From NCBI RefSeq assembly GCF_035371925.1, contig NZ_DAORXT010000002.1:2556-66555 (forward strand): DNA of 64,000 nucleotides, read 5' to 3'. The notes below the pieces were generated by a model that worked only from the letters and a program-made list of their open reading frames with translations, was not told where the DNA came from and did no database searches. This DNA is from Acetivibrio sp. Its GTDB lineage: Bacteria; Bacillota; Clostridia; Acetivibrionales; Acetivibrionaceae. The first letter of the stretch is position 1. The number at the start of each line of letters is the position of its first letter. A program made the translations under genes and the position numbers. Shown here piece after piece: positions 29,391 through 37,967 of the stretch.

Positions 29391-30035
29391 CTATTTCTTT
29401 TTTCTCAATAGAAACATTGTATCCACATTATCGTTGTCAAGGTATTTGAACTTTTCTTCCTTTACCAATTCAAGAGACGGAAATCTATCAAGATACAGCT
29501 TTGAAAAGTTGGTTTTCCAAAGGAGGCTGTCGTTGCCCCTATAATTTACTTCCACATATTCATCGGCATAATACTCAAATCCCCAAATATATTCCTCCGT
29601 ACAGCGGTATATCTCATCTAAAACTCGATTTATATTATCGGGAGAAATATGAATTAATACTCCATTGGTAAACACCATGTTAAAATATCCGTCTTTAAAA
29701 GGTATGTCATCCGCCATACCTTGAATTATATTTATCCCTTTAGTAAGGCTCTTGCTCTTTTCAACAGCATATTCCTGAAGCTCAATTCCATATAGCTTTG
29801 TAAAACCCATTTTTTGAAGCACCCTCAGCTGGTTGCCCACATTGCAGCCAACCTCCAGCACTCTTTTATTCTCCAACCCCAATCCGGCCAAAAACCTATT
29901 GTTAAGTTCCATGCAGCTTATACCAAACCTATTTGTATAAAGTTCGTCAAGCTCTTCCGGTCCAAAAGTACATCTATCCGTATAATCCCTTCCAAACTGG
30001 CCGCACCATGTACTTTCCTGTAAGTTATTTCCCAT
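29391..30035 (-). CDS. pseudaminic-acid-biosynthesis-associated methylase, paralog A
   Basis: Start at ATG 30033-30035 (GGAGGA 7 nt upstream); VLEVGCNVGNQLRVL SAM motif; about 80 percent identical by eye to 37968-38609. Confidence 0.8.
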   Translation of the reverse strand: MGNNLQESTWCGQFGRDYTDRCTFGPEELDELYTNRFGISCMELNNRFLAGLGLENKRVLEVGCNVGNQLRVLQKMGFTKLYGIELQEYAVEKSKSLTKGINIIQGMADDIPFKDGYFNMVFTNGVLIHISPDNINRVLDEIYRCTEEYIWGFEYYADEYVEVNYRGNDSLLWKTNFSKLYLDRFPSLELVKEEKFKYLDNDNVDTMFLLRKKK

Positions 30036-30071
30036 ATCTGTTTCCTCCAAATTATTTTTAAGAATTTTACA

Positions 30072-30125
30072 TTTTTAATTTTTCCCCGAAAAACATTATT
30101 TTTATTTGCGATTTAGTGACTTGCT
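30072..30125 (-). pseudogene. possible relic of a pseB-like 3-prime end
   Basis: Ungapped alignment of 30077-30119 with 40067-40109 (3-prime end of the PseB-like gene) gives 33/43 identities, including exact AATTTTTCCC and TTGCGATTTAGT. Conceptual translation VTKSQIKIMFFGEKLKM* versus LTKSQVKELLVREKLI*. Confidence 0.35.
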
Positions 30126-30225
30126 ATATTTTCCCGTTTCACTCTCTTGATTCTAAAAACCCTGAAGTATTTGCTTAAAGGCTAATATATTGTGAATACT
30201 TGCGATTATTCACTGTTTATTTAAT

Positions 30226-30253
30226 ATATCGAAAACTAAATCCACTCCCTTTA
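30226..30253 (-). promoter_or_regulatory. possible sigma-D-like promoter for the distal half of the island
   Basis: Minus strand TAAA-16 nt-TTCGATAT; same spacing as the flaG promoter; the -10 has two mismatches to GCCGATAT. Confidence 0.35.
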
Positions 30254-30364
30254 CGACCTTTTGATTCATACTCTTCCAACTTTTAAAACCGCAATTGTAT
30301 CAAACCTTTTGAAATAAGTTCCCCCTGCCGTCCAACCTCTTTTTTCGGTTTCAGGTTCATATAT

Positions 30365-30397
30365 AAAAAACCGGCAAGAATTCCTCGCCGTCCTTTT
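30365..30397 (-). terminator. rho-independent terminator after the second pseG-like gene
   Basis: Minus strand CGGCGAGgaauuCUUGCCG then GUUUUUUAUAU, 15 nt after the stop at 30412; sequence resembles the terminator at 44740-44775. Confidence 0.55.
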
Positions 30398-30411
30398 TCA
30401 GTTAAACTTCA

Positions 30412-31476
30412 TCACAAAGACACTTTCATTATTTCTTCGACTACACGCCTAACTCCTTCTCCATCCACCAACCTTTGCATTTTCCTGCTAATTGATACTC
30501 TTTTTTCATAATCTTTGCACAAAAGCTTAATCTTTTGCAAAATCTCCATGTTAGAGAGCTCTCCATGCCATCCCAGGTTGATTATGTAGCCTTGGGAAGA
30601 CAGCATATCTACCATTTCCCTCTGGTTGTCGGCAATAACAATTGCCAAAGCCGGTGTCCCGCAAGCGCACAACTCGTACAATGTGCTTCCGCCTGCCGAT
30701 ATTGCCACGTCGGACTTTAGCATTATTTCCGACATTCTCAAAACATTTTCATGCAATATAACATTGGAGCTTTTTCGGGCCAGTTCCTTGAGGCTTTCCA
30801 CATTAGTAAAGCCGCTGCCTACAACGATATTTATCCCTATATCTTTGAACTCTTCATCCGAAAGAATAATACTGGCAAGTCTCAGGCTCAGGTTAAAAGG
30901 ATCCGCCCCCCCCGTCGTTATCATCATTTCCCGTACATTCCTGTTTATTATTCTTTCAGGTAAATCTTTAAACTCGTCCCTTATGAGATTATACTTCAAG
31001 CCCAAAAGCATAAGCTCGTCATTGCTGTATTTGGTGTAGTTGAAGGCTGTGGCTGTAACATTTCCGTTTATCAGCACATCCACAGGATATACAAACTTAT
31101 TCACATCATCAATATAACAAAGCTTTTTTACATGCGGCTTCAGCTTCAAAAAAAACTCCCGGTTGACGTTATAGGAGTCAATAATCAGTACATCGAGATT
31201 AAATGCCTTAATCTTTCGGATTATTTCTTCTGAATCCTCTTCAAGCTCTGAAGCATCTCCATAGAAAAAGCCTTCTAAATGCCTGCTGTTTTCATGCGGC
31301 ATTTCCACAACTTCAAACTCATCCTGTCGAATCTTTGAAATTCCCTGCTCAAACCGGCTTAGGAAAAAAACATTGGCGCCGGCATTTCTAAATCCTTTGG
31401 CCAGCGACAAACAACGCATTATATGCCCCATACCGATATTGCTGCTTCCATCTACTCTAATTCCAATATCCAGCAT
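30412..31476 (-). CDS. PseG-like UDP-sugar hydrolase (GT28-related), copy 2
   Basis: 354 aa; IRVDGSSNIGMGHIMRCLSLAKGF and ITTGGADP motifs; contains a G8 tract (30906-30913). Confidence 0.75.
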   Translation of the reverse strand: MLDIGIRVDGSSNIGMGHIMRCLSLAKGFRNAGANVFFLSRFEQGISKIRQDEFEVVEMPHENSRHLEGFFYGDASELEEDSEEIIRKIKAFNLDVLIIDSYNVNREFFLKLKPHVKKLCYIDDVNKFVYPVDVLINGNVTATAFNYTKYSNDELMLLGLKYNLIRDEFKDLPERIINRNVREMMITTGGADPFNLSLRLASIILSDEEFKDIGINIVVGSGFTNVESLKELARKSSNVILHENVLRMSEIMLKSDVAISAGGSTLYELCACGTPALAIVIADNQREMVDMLSSQGYIINLGWHGELSNMEILQKIKLLCKDYEKRVSISRKMQRLVDGEGVRRVVEEIMKVSL

Positions 31477-31576
31477 ATCAACCTCTCAACAAACTTTCTC
31501 CATTCAACCTAAGAATTTTCCCATATCTTACCTGTGATTTTACAGTTACAATAATTCCATTGCCAATACCCGTCTT

Positions 31577-31981
31577 TTACTTACTGTTCGGGTTTTCTTC
31601 CACCAGTTCAATTATCCCCATATTCCTATTGTATAAGAATGCTACTTTAGAGGAATTAATAGCGACCGCACAGGAGGGGCTTTCCATTAAAACATAGCCT
31701 TCATTTTTCAGTCTCACAACCGCATCATCTATATTGCCGACGCTATAACATATATGATACGGAGTATTTCCCGATTTGGTAATAATGCCGTTTATTGAAG
31801 AGGCTGCATCCATTGGTGACACCAGTTCGATGCAGTAATCTCCAAGCTTCATAAATTGAATTAAAACCTTCCTCGTCTTGTCGGCAACAGTTTCCCCAAG
31901 CTTCTCGTACCCAATTTTCAAAAACTCCTCAACAGAAGCTTCCATGTTTTTAACAGCATAGCCCAGATGGTGTATTCTCAC
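31577..31981 (-). CDS. VOC/glyoxalase-fold protein (methylmalonyl-CoA epimerase-like)
   Basis: 134 aa from GTG; RIHHLGYAVKNMEASVEEF N-terminal beta-alpha-beta-beta-beta module. Confidence 0.75.
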   Translation of the reverse strand: MRIHHLGYAVKNMEASVEEFLKIGYEKLGETVADKTRKVLIQFMKLGDYCIELVSPMDAASSINGIITKSGNTPYHICYSVGNIDDAVVRLKNEGYVLMESPSCAVAINSSKVAFLYNRNMGIIELVEENPNSK

Positions 31982-33632
31982 AATACCTCAGCTCCCCGAA
32001 TTTTTTTCTGAAACATGTGTTTGATTCTTCCAAATCCAAAACATATTTTTTGTTGCCTGCTTTATCTACGTCTAAAAGCGTATAGCCCAGTCTTTCAAAC
32101 AAATCCTTTACCGGAGCATTTTTTTCCGTTGGCCTATAATATGTAATCAATCTTTTATAACCGGACTTTTTATGTAAATCTTCAATAAACCCTATTATCT
32201 GGTCTTCAATAAACCTGCCCATAACCCTGCAGCTTAGCAAAAAAGTGTCCAGCTCAACTTCACCGTCGGTCTTATGCTTTGTTATTACAACACTGACCAT
32301 GCCGTTATCCCCGAATCTGTCACTGACATAAGCCGCAAAGCCTTCAAAGCCCTCCTCATCTATCAGAGCCAAGAGTTCCTGTTCACTATACCTTTTGGTA
32401 GTCAAATTGAATTGATTGGTTTTTTGAGTAAGCTGCGCAGCTCTTTGAACATTTTCCGGACTTATTCTGCAAATCTCAATCTTGGTCTCTAAGGATTTTA
32501 AAAAAGCTTCATAAGAAGTACAGGATTTTTGTGCATCCCTTCGCTTTATATTCTGACGATATATCTCGGTTTTCACAGTATCTTCATCGGTTGTATCCAA
32601 TGTATAAAAATAATTGTTATAAAGCTCCGTTGCAAAATCCACAAGCTCAGAAGTATCTTGGGGAAAATCCGGAACAGTTACCTCTGAAAGCTCCCTTTTT
32701 ACGCTTTCCCTTTCTATCGGGTTATCGTCAATAAATACCATGGAGTCAAGCCCGATATTGAGTTCTTCGGACAAATCCCTTATATTTTGGGATTTCAGGT
32801 CCCAGTTTATTTTCAGTGCAACAAAGTCTTCCTCTCTTAGTACCATGTGTTTATGCTCTCTTATAACCTTTATCGCATCATCAAAATTGTTTTTGGATAC
32901 CACAGCAAGTATTATCCCCAAGTCCTTTATTTCCTTCAGTTTTCTTTGAAAGTCCTTATATCTGGCACCTTCCTTGTAATCCGAAAGCTCTATTCCTTCA
33001 AGGCCGGCTTCCCCCACAACACCACCCCACAAGGTGTTGTCGAGGTCCAAAACCAGACACTTTTTTCTTGTGCCCTTAACTGAGGCAACACATCTATTAA
33101 TATGCTGCTCCAGTAGTTTCTCCGCCTTCATTGAATATTTTATTCCGCCTAAATACCATAGCTTTTTGGAATAGAACTGTTCCCTTCCTTTATCTTCTAT
33201 GATGCTTTTCAAGTCAAGAATATAGAAATTTCTATATTTGCCGCTCATCAAAAAAAGGCTGTCTTCCCACAAGAATTCAAGCCTTCTTTCTTCTGACCCG
33301 GACTTAGCGCATTCAATCTTTCTGGTCCATAAATCAATATTACTTACAAAAAATGTTATATCAGGATTGTTTTTTACGGCCTCTTCAATATAACTTATGT
33401 TCATATCAATAGTGTTGCTATCTTTACTTTGACCCTTGAACATTTCTTCCCCGTCAATAACAATAAAAACTATCTCCGGTCCAAAAGAATACAAGCCCGA
33501 ATCTGGGTTTATTATCTCCTGTATCCATGTTCCGTATCCTTCGGTTTTGTATACATCATATAGCTTTGAGAGCCTTCCGATAAGAGAATCTAAGTTTATG
33601 TTGGAAAGCAGTGACAGTTTCAAATCACTCAC
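31950..33632 (-). CDS. FkbH-like HAD-IIIC family protein
   Basis: 560 aa; LVLDLDNTLWGGVVGEAGLEGIEL (HAD motif I in FkbH context), DDNPIERESV, C-terminal LLSCRVMGRFIE cysteine motif. Confidence 0.85.
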   Translation of the reverse strand: MSDLKLSLLSNINLDSLIGRLSKLYDVYKTEGYGTWIQEIINPDSGLYSFGPEIVFIVIDGEEMFKGQSKDSNTIDMNISYIEEAVKNNPDITFFVSNIDLWTRKIECAKSGSEERRLEFLWEDSLFLMSGKYRNFYILDLKSIIEDKGREQFYSKKLWYLGGIKYSMKAEKLLEQHINRCVASVKGTRKKCLVLDLDNTLWGGVVGEAGLEGIELSDYKEGARYKDFQRKLKEIKDLGIILAVVSKNNFDDAIKVIREHKHMVLREEDFVALKINWDLKSQNIRDLSEELNIGLDSMVFIDDNPIERESVKRELSEVTVPDFPQDTSELVDFATELYNNYFYTLDTTDEDTVKTEIYRQNIKRRDAQKSCTSYEAFLKSLETKIEICRISPENVQRAAQLTQKTNQFNLTTKRYSEQELLALIDEEGFEGFAAYVSDRFGDNGMVSVVITKHKTDGEVELDTFLLSCRVMGRFIEDQIIGFIEDLHKKSGYKRLITYYRPTEKNAPVKDLFERLGYTLLDVDKAGNKKYVLDLEESNTCFRKKFGELRYCENTPSGLCC

Positions 33633-33844
33633 TCCTTAACATAATCTAAAAAGTCACCTACTTTTTTTATATCCGGTACTTTTTCGAAAGGAATTTTTAT
33701 GTTTAGCTGCTCTTCAACCTCAGCCACCAGCCTTATGTGATTTAATGAGTCCCATGCCGAAGTTTTATCCCTTGAAGTTTCAAGATTTATACTTTCTTTA
33801 TCTACGTTTAATATTTCCGACACCAGTTCAATCAGTTTTTCCAT
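33629..33844 (-). CDS. acyl carrier protein
   Basis: 71 aa from ATG 33842-33844; TSAWDSLNHIRLVAEVEEQ places a Ser in a typical phosphopantetheine-attachment context. Confidence 0.75.
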   Translation of the reverse strand: MEKLIELVSEILNVDKESINLETSRDKTSAWDSLNHIRLVAEVEEQLNIKIPFEKVPDIKKVGDFLDYVKE

Positions 33845-33849
33845 ATAAA

Positions 33850-34461
33850 TCAGCACCTCCCGGTTATTGTACCTATTTTGTCGATGTCCGCTATTACTCT
33901 CAAATACTTCTCTATCTTTGGCCTCGTTTGAGCCCAAATGCTCTCTGTTATAGCCTGAAATGTTATATCCTCATAACTGTCGTTTATTTTGACATGCTGC
34001 TTTAATATACCTTCGGTCTCAAAACCAAAGCTTGTATGCAAACTCACAACCTTTTCATTACTCGACATCGTCCTGCAAAACACTTTATTCACCTTTAAAT
34101 CATAAAACGCGTGGTTTAACAACGAATATTCCATAACTATTCCAAGTCCGCTGTTTATAAACTCCTGCTCCACCAGGTAATAACCGAATTCAAGATTGTT
34201 ATTTTTCCTGTCGAAGTCATAGCTCAATACCCCAAAGGGTTTACTGCCCAAAAAGCATATATAAAAGTTTTTTTCTCTGTTATTTTTCAAATGCTCAATA
34301 AATTTGGCATGATCTTCTTCCGTAATAATGTCCTGATTAAACATCCTTTGCCTTACAAAATCCTGATTGCGCCAGTCCCTCAACTTTTTTACGTAAATAT
34401 CGTCAAGCTCAAGAATATTTATGAAATTAACATAACCTTCTTCTAGCTTATCATTGTCCAC
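33850..34461 (-). CDS. GNAT N-acyltransferase, PseH-like
   Basis: 203 aa; LRDWRNQDFVRQRMFNQDIITEEDHAKFIEHL resembles the PseH N-terminal signature; GNAT core follows. Confidence 0.7.
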   Translation of the reverse strand: MDNDKLEEGYVNFINILELDDIYVKKLRDWRNQDFVRQRMFNQDIITEEDHAKFIEHLKNNREKNFYICFLGSKPFGVLSYDFDRKNNNLEFGYYLVEQEFINSGLGIVMEYSLLNHAFYDLKVNKVFCRTMSSNEKVVSLHTSFGFETEGILKQHVKINDSYEDITFQAITESIWAQTRPKIEKYLRVIADIDKIGTITGRC

Positions 34462-35495
34462 TTTAACGGTGTCCCCCTTTCAATGTCTTCCGATGCTTTC
34501 CGGTTCAAAACCTGCTCAAAATATTTTGGCTCCAAACCGTCTGCAGGTCTTATTACCTTTATGTTTTCCTCTGTAAAGGCCTCTCCTTTTTTTATATCCT
34601 TCACAGCAAAAATCGATCTTCTGTGGCTGCGGCTTACAGCTTCATTTTCCGAAATACTGTAGCTTACCTTTCCAATTGATTTTTCTGCAGCCCTCACATC
34701 TTCAACCATCCTTTTGAACTCGTCCGGCTCCATGGAAAAGGACGAATCGGGATTTTTGATTTTTCTGCTCAAACAAAAATGTTTTTCAATAACGCTAGCT
34801 CCCATGGCAACCGCCACAACCGCAGAAACTGAACCTAACGAATGGTCTGACAAGCCCACAGGAACATTAAATGTATCTTTTAAATGGGTTATCGTCTTTA
34901 AATTCATTTGCTCCGGTACTGCAGGGTAGGCACTGGAGCATTTTAAAAGACAGAAATTATCATTTCCTTGTGCCCTAATAGTTTCCACTGCTTCTTCAAT
35001 TTCTCCTAAAGTTGCCATACCTGTTGACATAATAATAGGCTTTTTCTTTGATGCGATATATTTTATTAAGGGAATATCTACAATCTCAAAAGAAGCTATT
35101 TTATAAAACTCAACCCCCAATTCCTCCAAAAAATCCACCGCCGATTTGTCAAACGGAGTTGAAAAGAAATCAATTCCTGCTTTTTCAGCTTCTTCTTTAA
35201 GCCGTCCATGCCATTCCCAAGGTGTATTTGCCTTTTGGTAGAGGCTGTATAAATTTTCTCCTTTCCAGGTACCGTTATCTATATGAAAGTATTTTTTATC
35301 AGAGTTTATGGTCATAGTGTCCGGTGTATAAGTTTGTATTTTTATGCAATCCGCACCGGCTTCTTTTGCTGCGTATATTATTTCGATTGCTCTGTTTAAA
35401 TCTCCTGCATGGTTCGCAGACATTTCCGCAATAATATAACAGGGACATCCCTCACCAATTTCCCTGTCCCTGATTTTAATTCTTCTGTTTTGCAT
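34443..35495 (-). CDS. NeuB-family nonulosonic acid synthase (PseI-like), copy 2
   Basis: Start at ATG 35493-35495; IIAEMSANHAGDLNRAIEIIYAAKEAGADCIKIQTYTPDTMTI and SAF domain. Confidence 0.85.
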   Translation of the reverse strand: MQNRRIKIRDREIGEGCPCYIIAEMSANHAGDLNRAIEIIYAAKEAGADCIKIQTYTPDTMTINSDKKYFHIDNGTWKGENLYSLYQKANTPWEWHGRLKEEAEKAGIDFFSTPFDKSAVDFLEELGVEFYKIASFEIVDIPLIKYIASKKKPIIMSTGMATLGEIEEAVETIRAQGNDNFCLLKCSSAYPAVPEQMNLKTITHLKDTFNVPVGLSDHSLGSVSAVVAVAMGASVIEKHFCLSRKIKNPDSSFSMEPDEFKRMVEDVRAAEKSIGKVSYSISENEAVSRSHRRSIFAVKDIKKGEAFTEENIKVIRPADGLEPKYFEQVLNRKASEDIERGTPLKWTMIS

Positions 35496-35512
35496 ATATA
35501 CCACCCCCACAA

Positions 35513-36259
35513 CTAAATAATTTCTATATATGACTGTAAAGGACTTATCGGCAATCTCTGAATTCTGTAAGAGCTTAATTCCAAAACTTCTTTCAGAGCT
35601 ATGGTTTCCCCGGGAAAATCACTGACATTTAGTTCGTCAAACCCTATTATCGTTCCTTTTGTAATGTGATTTTTTATTAATTTCAAACATTCCTTTGTAG
35701 GTTCGTAAATATCAAAATCAAAATATGCCAGTGCAATTATAGTATGGGGATTATTCTCCAAATAGTCCTTTAAGGTTACAGTCGCATCTCCTTTAACCAG
35801 CTCGTACTTTCTTATATGTGAAACCGGACTTTCCGACTCATGATAGTCCAACACCTTTTCCAAATATAGCTCATAGTTTTCAGTTACACTATAGTCGCCT
35901 TTTTTTAGTCCTTTGTCCAGACTTGTAACTGACGGAAATCCGCCAAAAGTGTCAAAACCTATAATCTTTCTGTTGTAATTGAAAGGCTCGTATATACCTC
36001 TAAAATTCTCAAACAACGCAAGGTTTTGTCCCCACCTTACGCCAAATTCCATAATTACTCCATGAACATTAATTATTTTCTTATATAATTCATGCATAAA
36101 AAGTTGTCTCGACAAGGTTTGCCTGTTGATGTAAAGTCCCAAGTTTGAAAGCAATTCGTTTTCCGGTATGGGACTATTCTTAAACAGGTCGTAGAAGTAC
36201 TTTCGCATATCACGCTCTTTATTGCTGCTGTGTTCCTTTGTGCTGAAATTAGTTGCCAT
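35513..36259 (-). CDS. TylF/MycF-type O-methyltransferase-like protein
   Basis: 248 aa; GVIMEFGVRWGQNLALF and GFDTFGGFP motifs typical of the macrocin-O-methyltransferase family. Confidence 0.7.
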   Translation of the reverse strand: MATNFSTKEHSSNKERDMRKYFYDLFKNSPIPENELLSNLGLYINRQTLSRQLFMHELYKKIINVHGVIMEFGVRWGQNLALFENFRGIYEPFNYNRKIIGFDTFGGFPSVTSLDKGLKKGDYSVTENYELYLEKVLDYHESESPVSHIRKYELVKGDATVTLKDYLENNPHTIIALAYFDFDIYEPTKECLKLIKNHITKGTIIGFDELNVSDFPGETIALKEVLELSSYRIQRLPISPLQSYIEII

Positions 36260-36312
36260 AGCCTATATCTCCCCTATGCATCAGATAAGAATATATTTTG
36301 ACCCTCTATGCG

Positions 36313-37173
36313 CTAATTCTTCACTCTTTTGGCAATAACCTGTATCTCTCTTCCAACATTTATTTCAGACAACTTCTGATATATCATAAAAATGTCTTCT
36401 GTCTTCCCTATTTGCTTAAACTTCAACTCAAATTGCACTCTTTTCGAATGCACAATTTTTCCAAGCTCCTTTTTCTTAATATAATCTTCATCCATCAATA
36501 AAAACATTTCCAGCGGGAAAGAAGATGTCTGATAAACAACTTCAAATCCTGCCCTTTCAAGGAAGTTTTTAAAGGTGTCAAAGTTCCAGTAATTCAAATG
36601 GTCCGGAAAATGTATCCAATATGGTTCCGTTTTATGGTAAGCTGTATAAACCCTCTGCAAAAGATTAAAGTCGTTTGGAACCTCGATAGATAAATATCCT
36701 TCCTCAGACATAAATTCCGACTTTATTTTTTCCATAAAATCATAAGGATTCGGTATATGCTCCAATACAAAGCTGAGATTTATCAGCTCAAATTTCTTGC
36801 CAAACCTGTTTTTATCTGCAAATTCATTCTTAACACGAATCCCTTTGTCATTGCATTCCTCTGCCCCTCTTTCGGAAGGCTCTATGCCGTATGGTTTAAA
36901 TCCTTCATTTTCAAATTCTTTAAGAAGCTCGCAGCTACCGCACCCAATGTCCAATATTTCTCTGGATTTTATCAGTCTTTTTATCCTTGCCACTTTTTCT
37001 TTGAGATTTATTTTGCTTAATTCATCTTTATATTCTTTTGAGTAAAATGTGTTTAGAAAATCATTGTCCGGGTAAGGATAAACATGATAAAAGCCGCAGT
37101 CTTTACATTCAATCACCTTGTATTCACTATTAATGCTGTAATAATTGTCAAACTCGTGCTTTCCGTCCGTCAT
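36313..37173 (-). CDS. class I SAM-dependent methyltransferase with N-terminal Zn-ribbon
   Basis: 286 aa; CKDCGFYHVYPYP then ILDIGCGSCELLKEF. Confidence 0.8.
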   Translation of the reverse strand: MTDGKHEFDNYYSINSEYKVIECKDCGFYHVYPYPDNDFLNTFYSKEYKDELSKINLKEKVARIKRLIKSREILDIGCGSCELLKEFENEGFKPYGIEPSERGAEECNDKGIRVKNEFADKNRFGKKFELINLSFVLEHIPNPYDFMEKIKSEFMSEEGYLSIEVPNDFNLLQRVYTAYHKTEPYWIHFPDHLNYWNFDTFKNFLERAGFEVVYQTSSFPLEMFLLMDEDYIKKKELGKIVHSKRVQFELKFKQIGKTEDIFMIYQKLSEINVGREIQVIAKRVKN

Positions 37174-37188
37174 GAATGAATTCCTTTC

Positions 37189-37938
37189 TTATGTGCTGTT
37201 ATGCAAGCTTTTCTGTTCAACATTTGCATTAATCCGAGATAGCTCAGGATTCGTTTTCATAAGCTCTAAAACTTCATCAAAACCAAATTTTCCGTTATAC
37301 CTGTCATACAATCTGTCATAAATTGCTGTAATCAATTCAAAGTCTTCATTCGTATCCAGAGTCCATCTTAGATTGGAGTAGTCGGTATCATTTTTATAGT
37401 AGTATATACTCTTCTCATAAGTTTCATACACATAGGGAGTAACATGTTCCCTTTGGTAATTTTTATCAGCATGAATAAAGGCATCCTCCAACACTTTGTA
37501 GGAAAACACCTCAACATCAAGCCCTCTGGGAAATGTCCTCTGCGTCAAATCATTTCCTGCATTGGTTACCAATGTGTAATTGTTAGAGATATAAAATTCC
37601 ACTACCTTGTCCAACAGCACAGGATCAATCAACGGACAGTCCGAAGTAATACGAACCACCGTATCAAGGTTGTTTTCTTTAGCTGCGTAATAATACCTCG
37701 ACAATACGTCATTCTCGCTTCCGCAAAACCATTTTACTCCGTTTTTCTTTGCCTGCTCCACTATTACTTTGTCCATCTCCAATGTAGTAGTGGCAATAAT
37801 TATTTCATTCAAAAGCTTTGATCGCTTCAGCCTCTCTATTACATGGTCTATAACCGGCTTTCCGCACAAGTCCAGCATAACCTTGCCGGGCAGTCTGCTT
37901 GAGCCCATCCTCGTCTGTACGATAGCCCCTATTCTCAT
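37189..37938 (-). CDS. cytidylyltransferase, SpsF/NeuA-related
   Basis: Start at ATG 37936-37938 (GGGAGGA upstream); RIGAIVQTRMGSSRLPGKVMLDLCGKPVI. Confidence 0.8.
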   Translation of the reverse strand: MRIGAIVQTRMGSSRLPGKVMLDLCGKPVIDHVIERLKRSKLLNEIIIATTTLEMDKVIVEQAKKNGVKWFCGSENDVLSRYYYAAKENNLDTVVRITSDCPLIDPVLLDKVVEFYISNNYTLVTNAGNDLTQRTFPRGLDVEVFSYKVLEDAFIHADKNYQREHVTPYVYETYEKSIYYYKNDTDYSNLRWTLDTNEDFELITAIYDRLYDRYNGKFGFDEVLELMKTNPELSRINANVEQKSLHNST

Positions 37939-37967
37939 ATACTCCTCCCATTCTTGCAAAACAAAAA

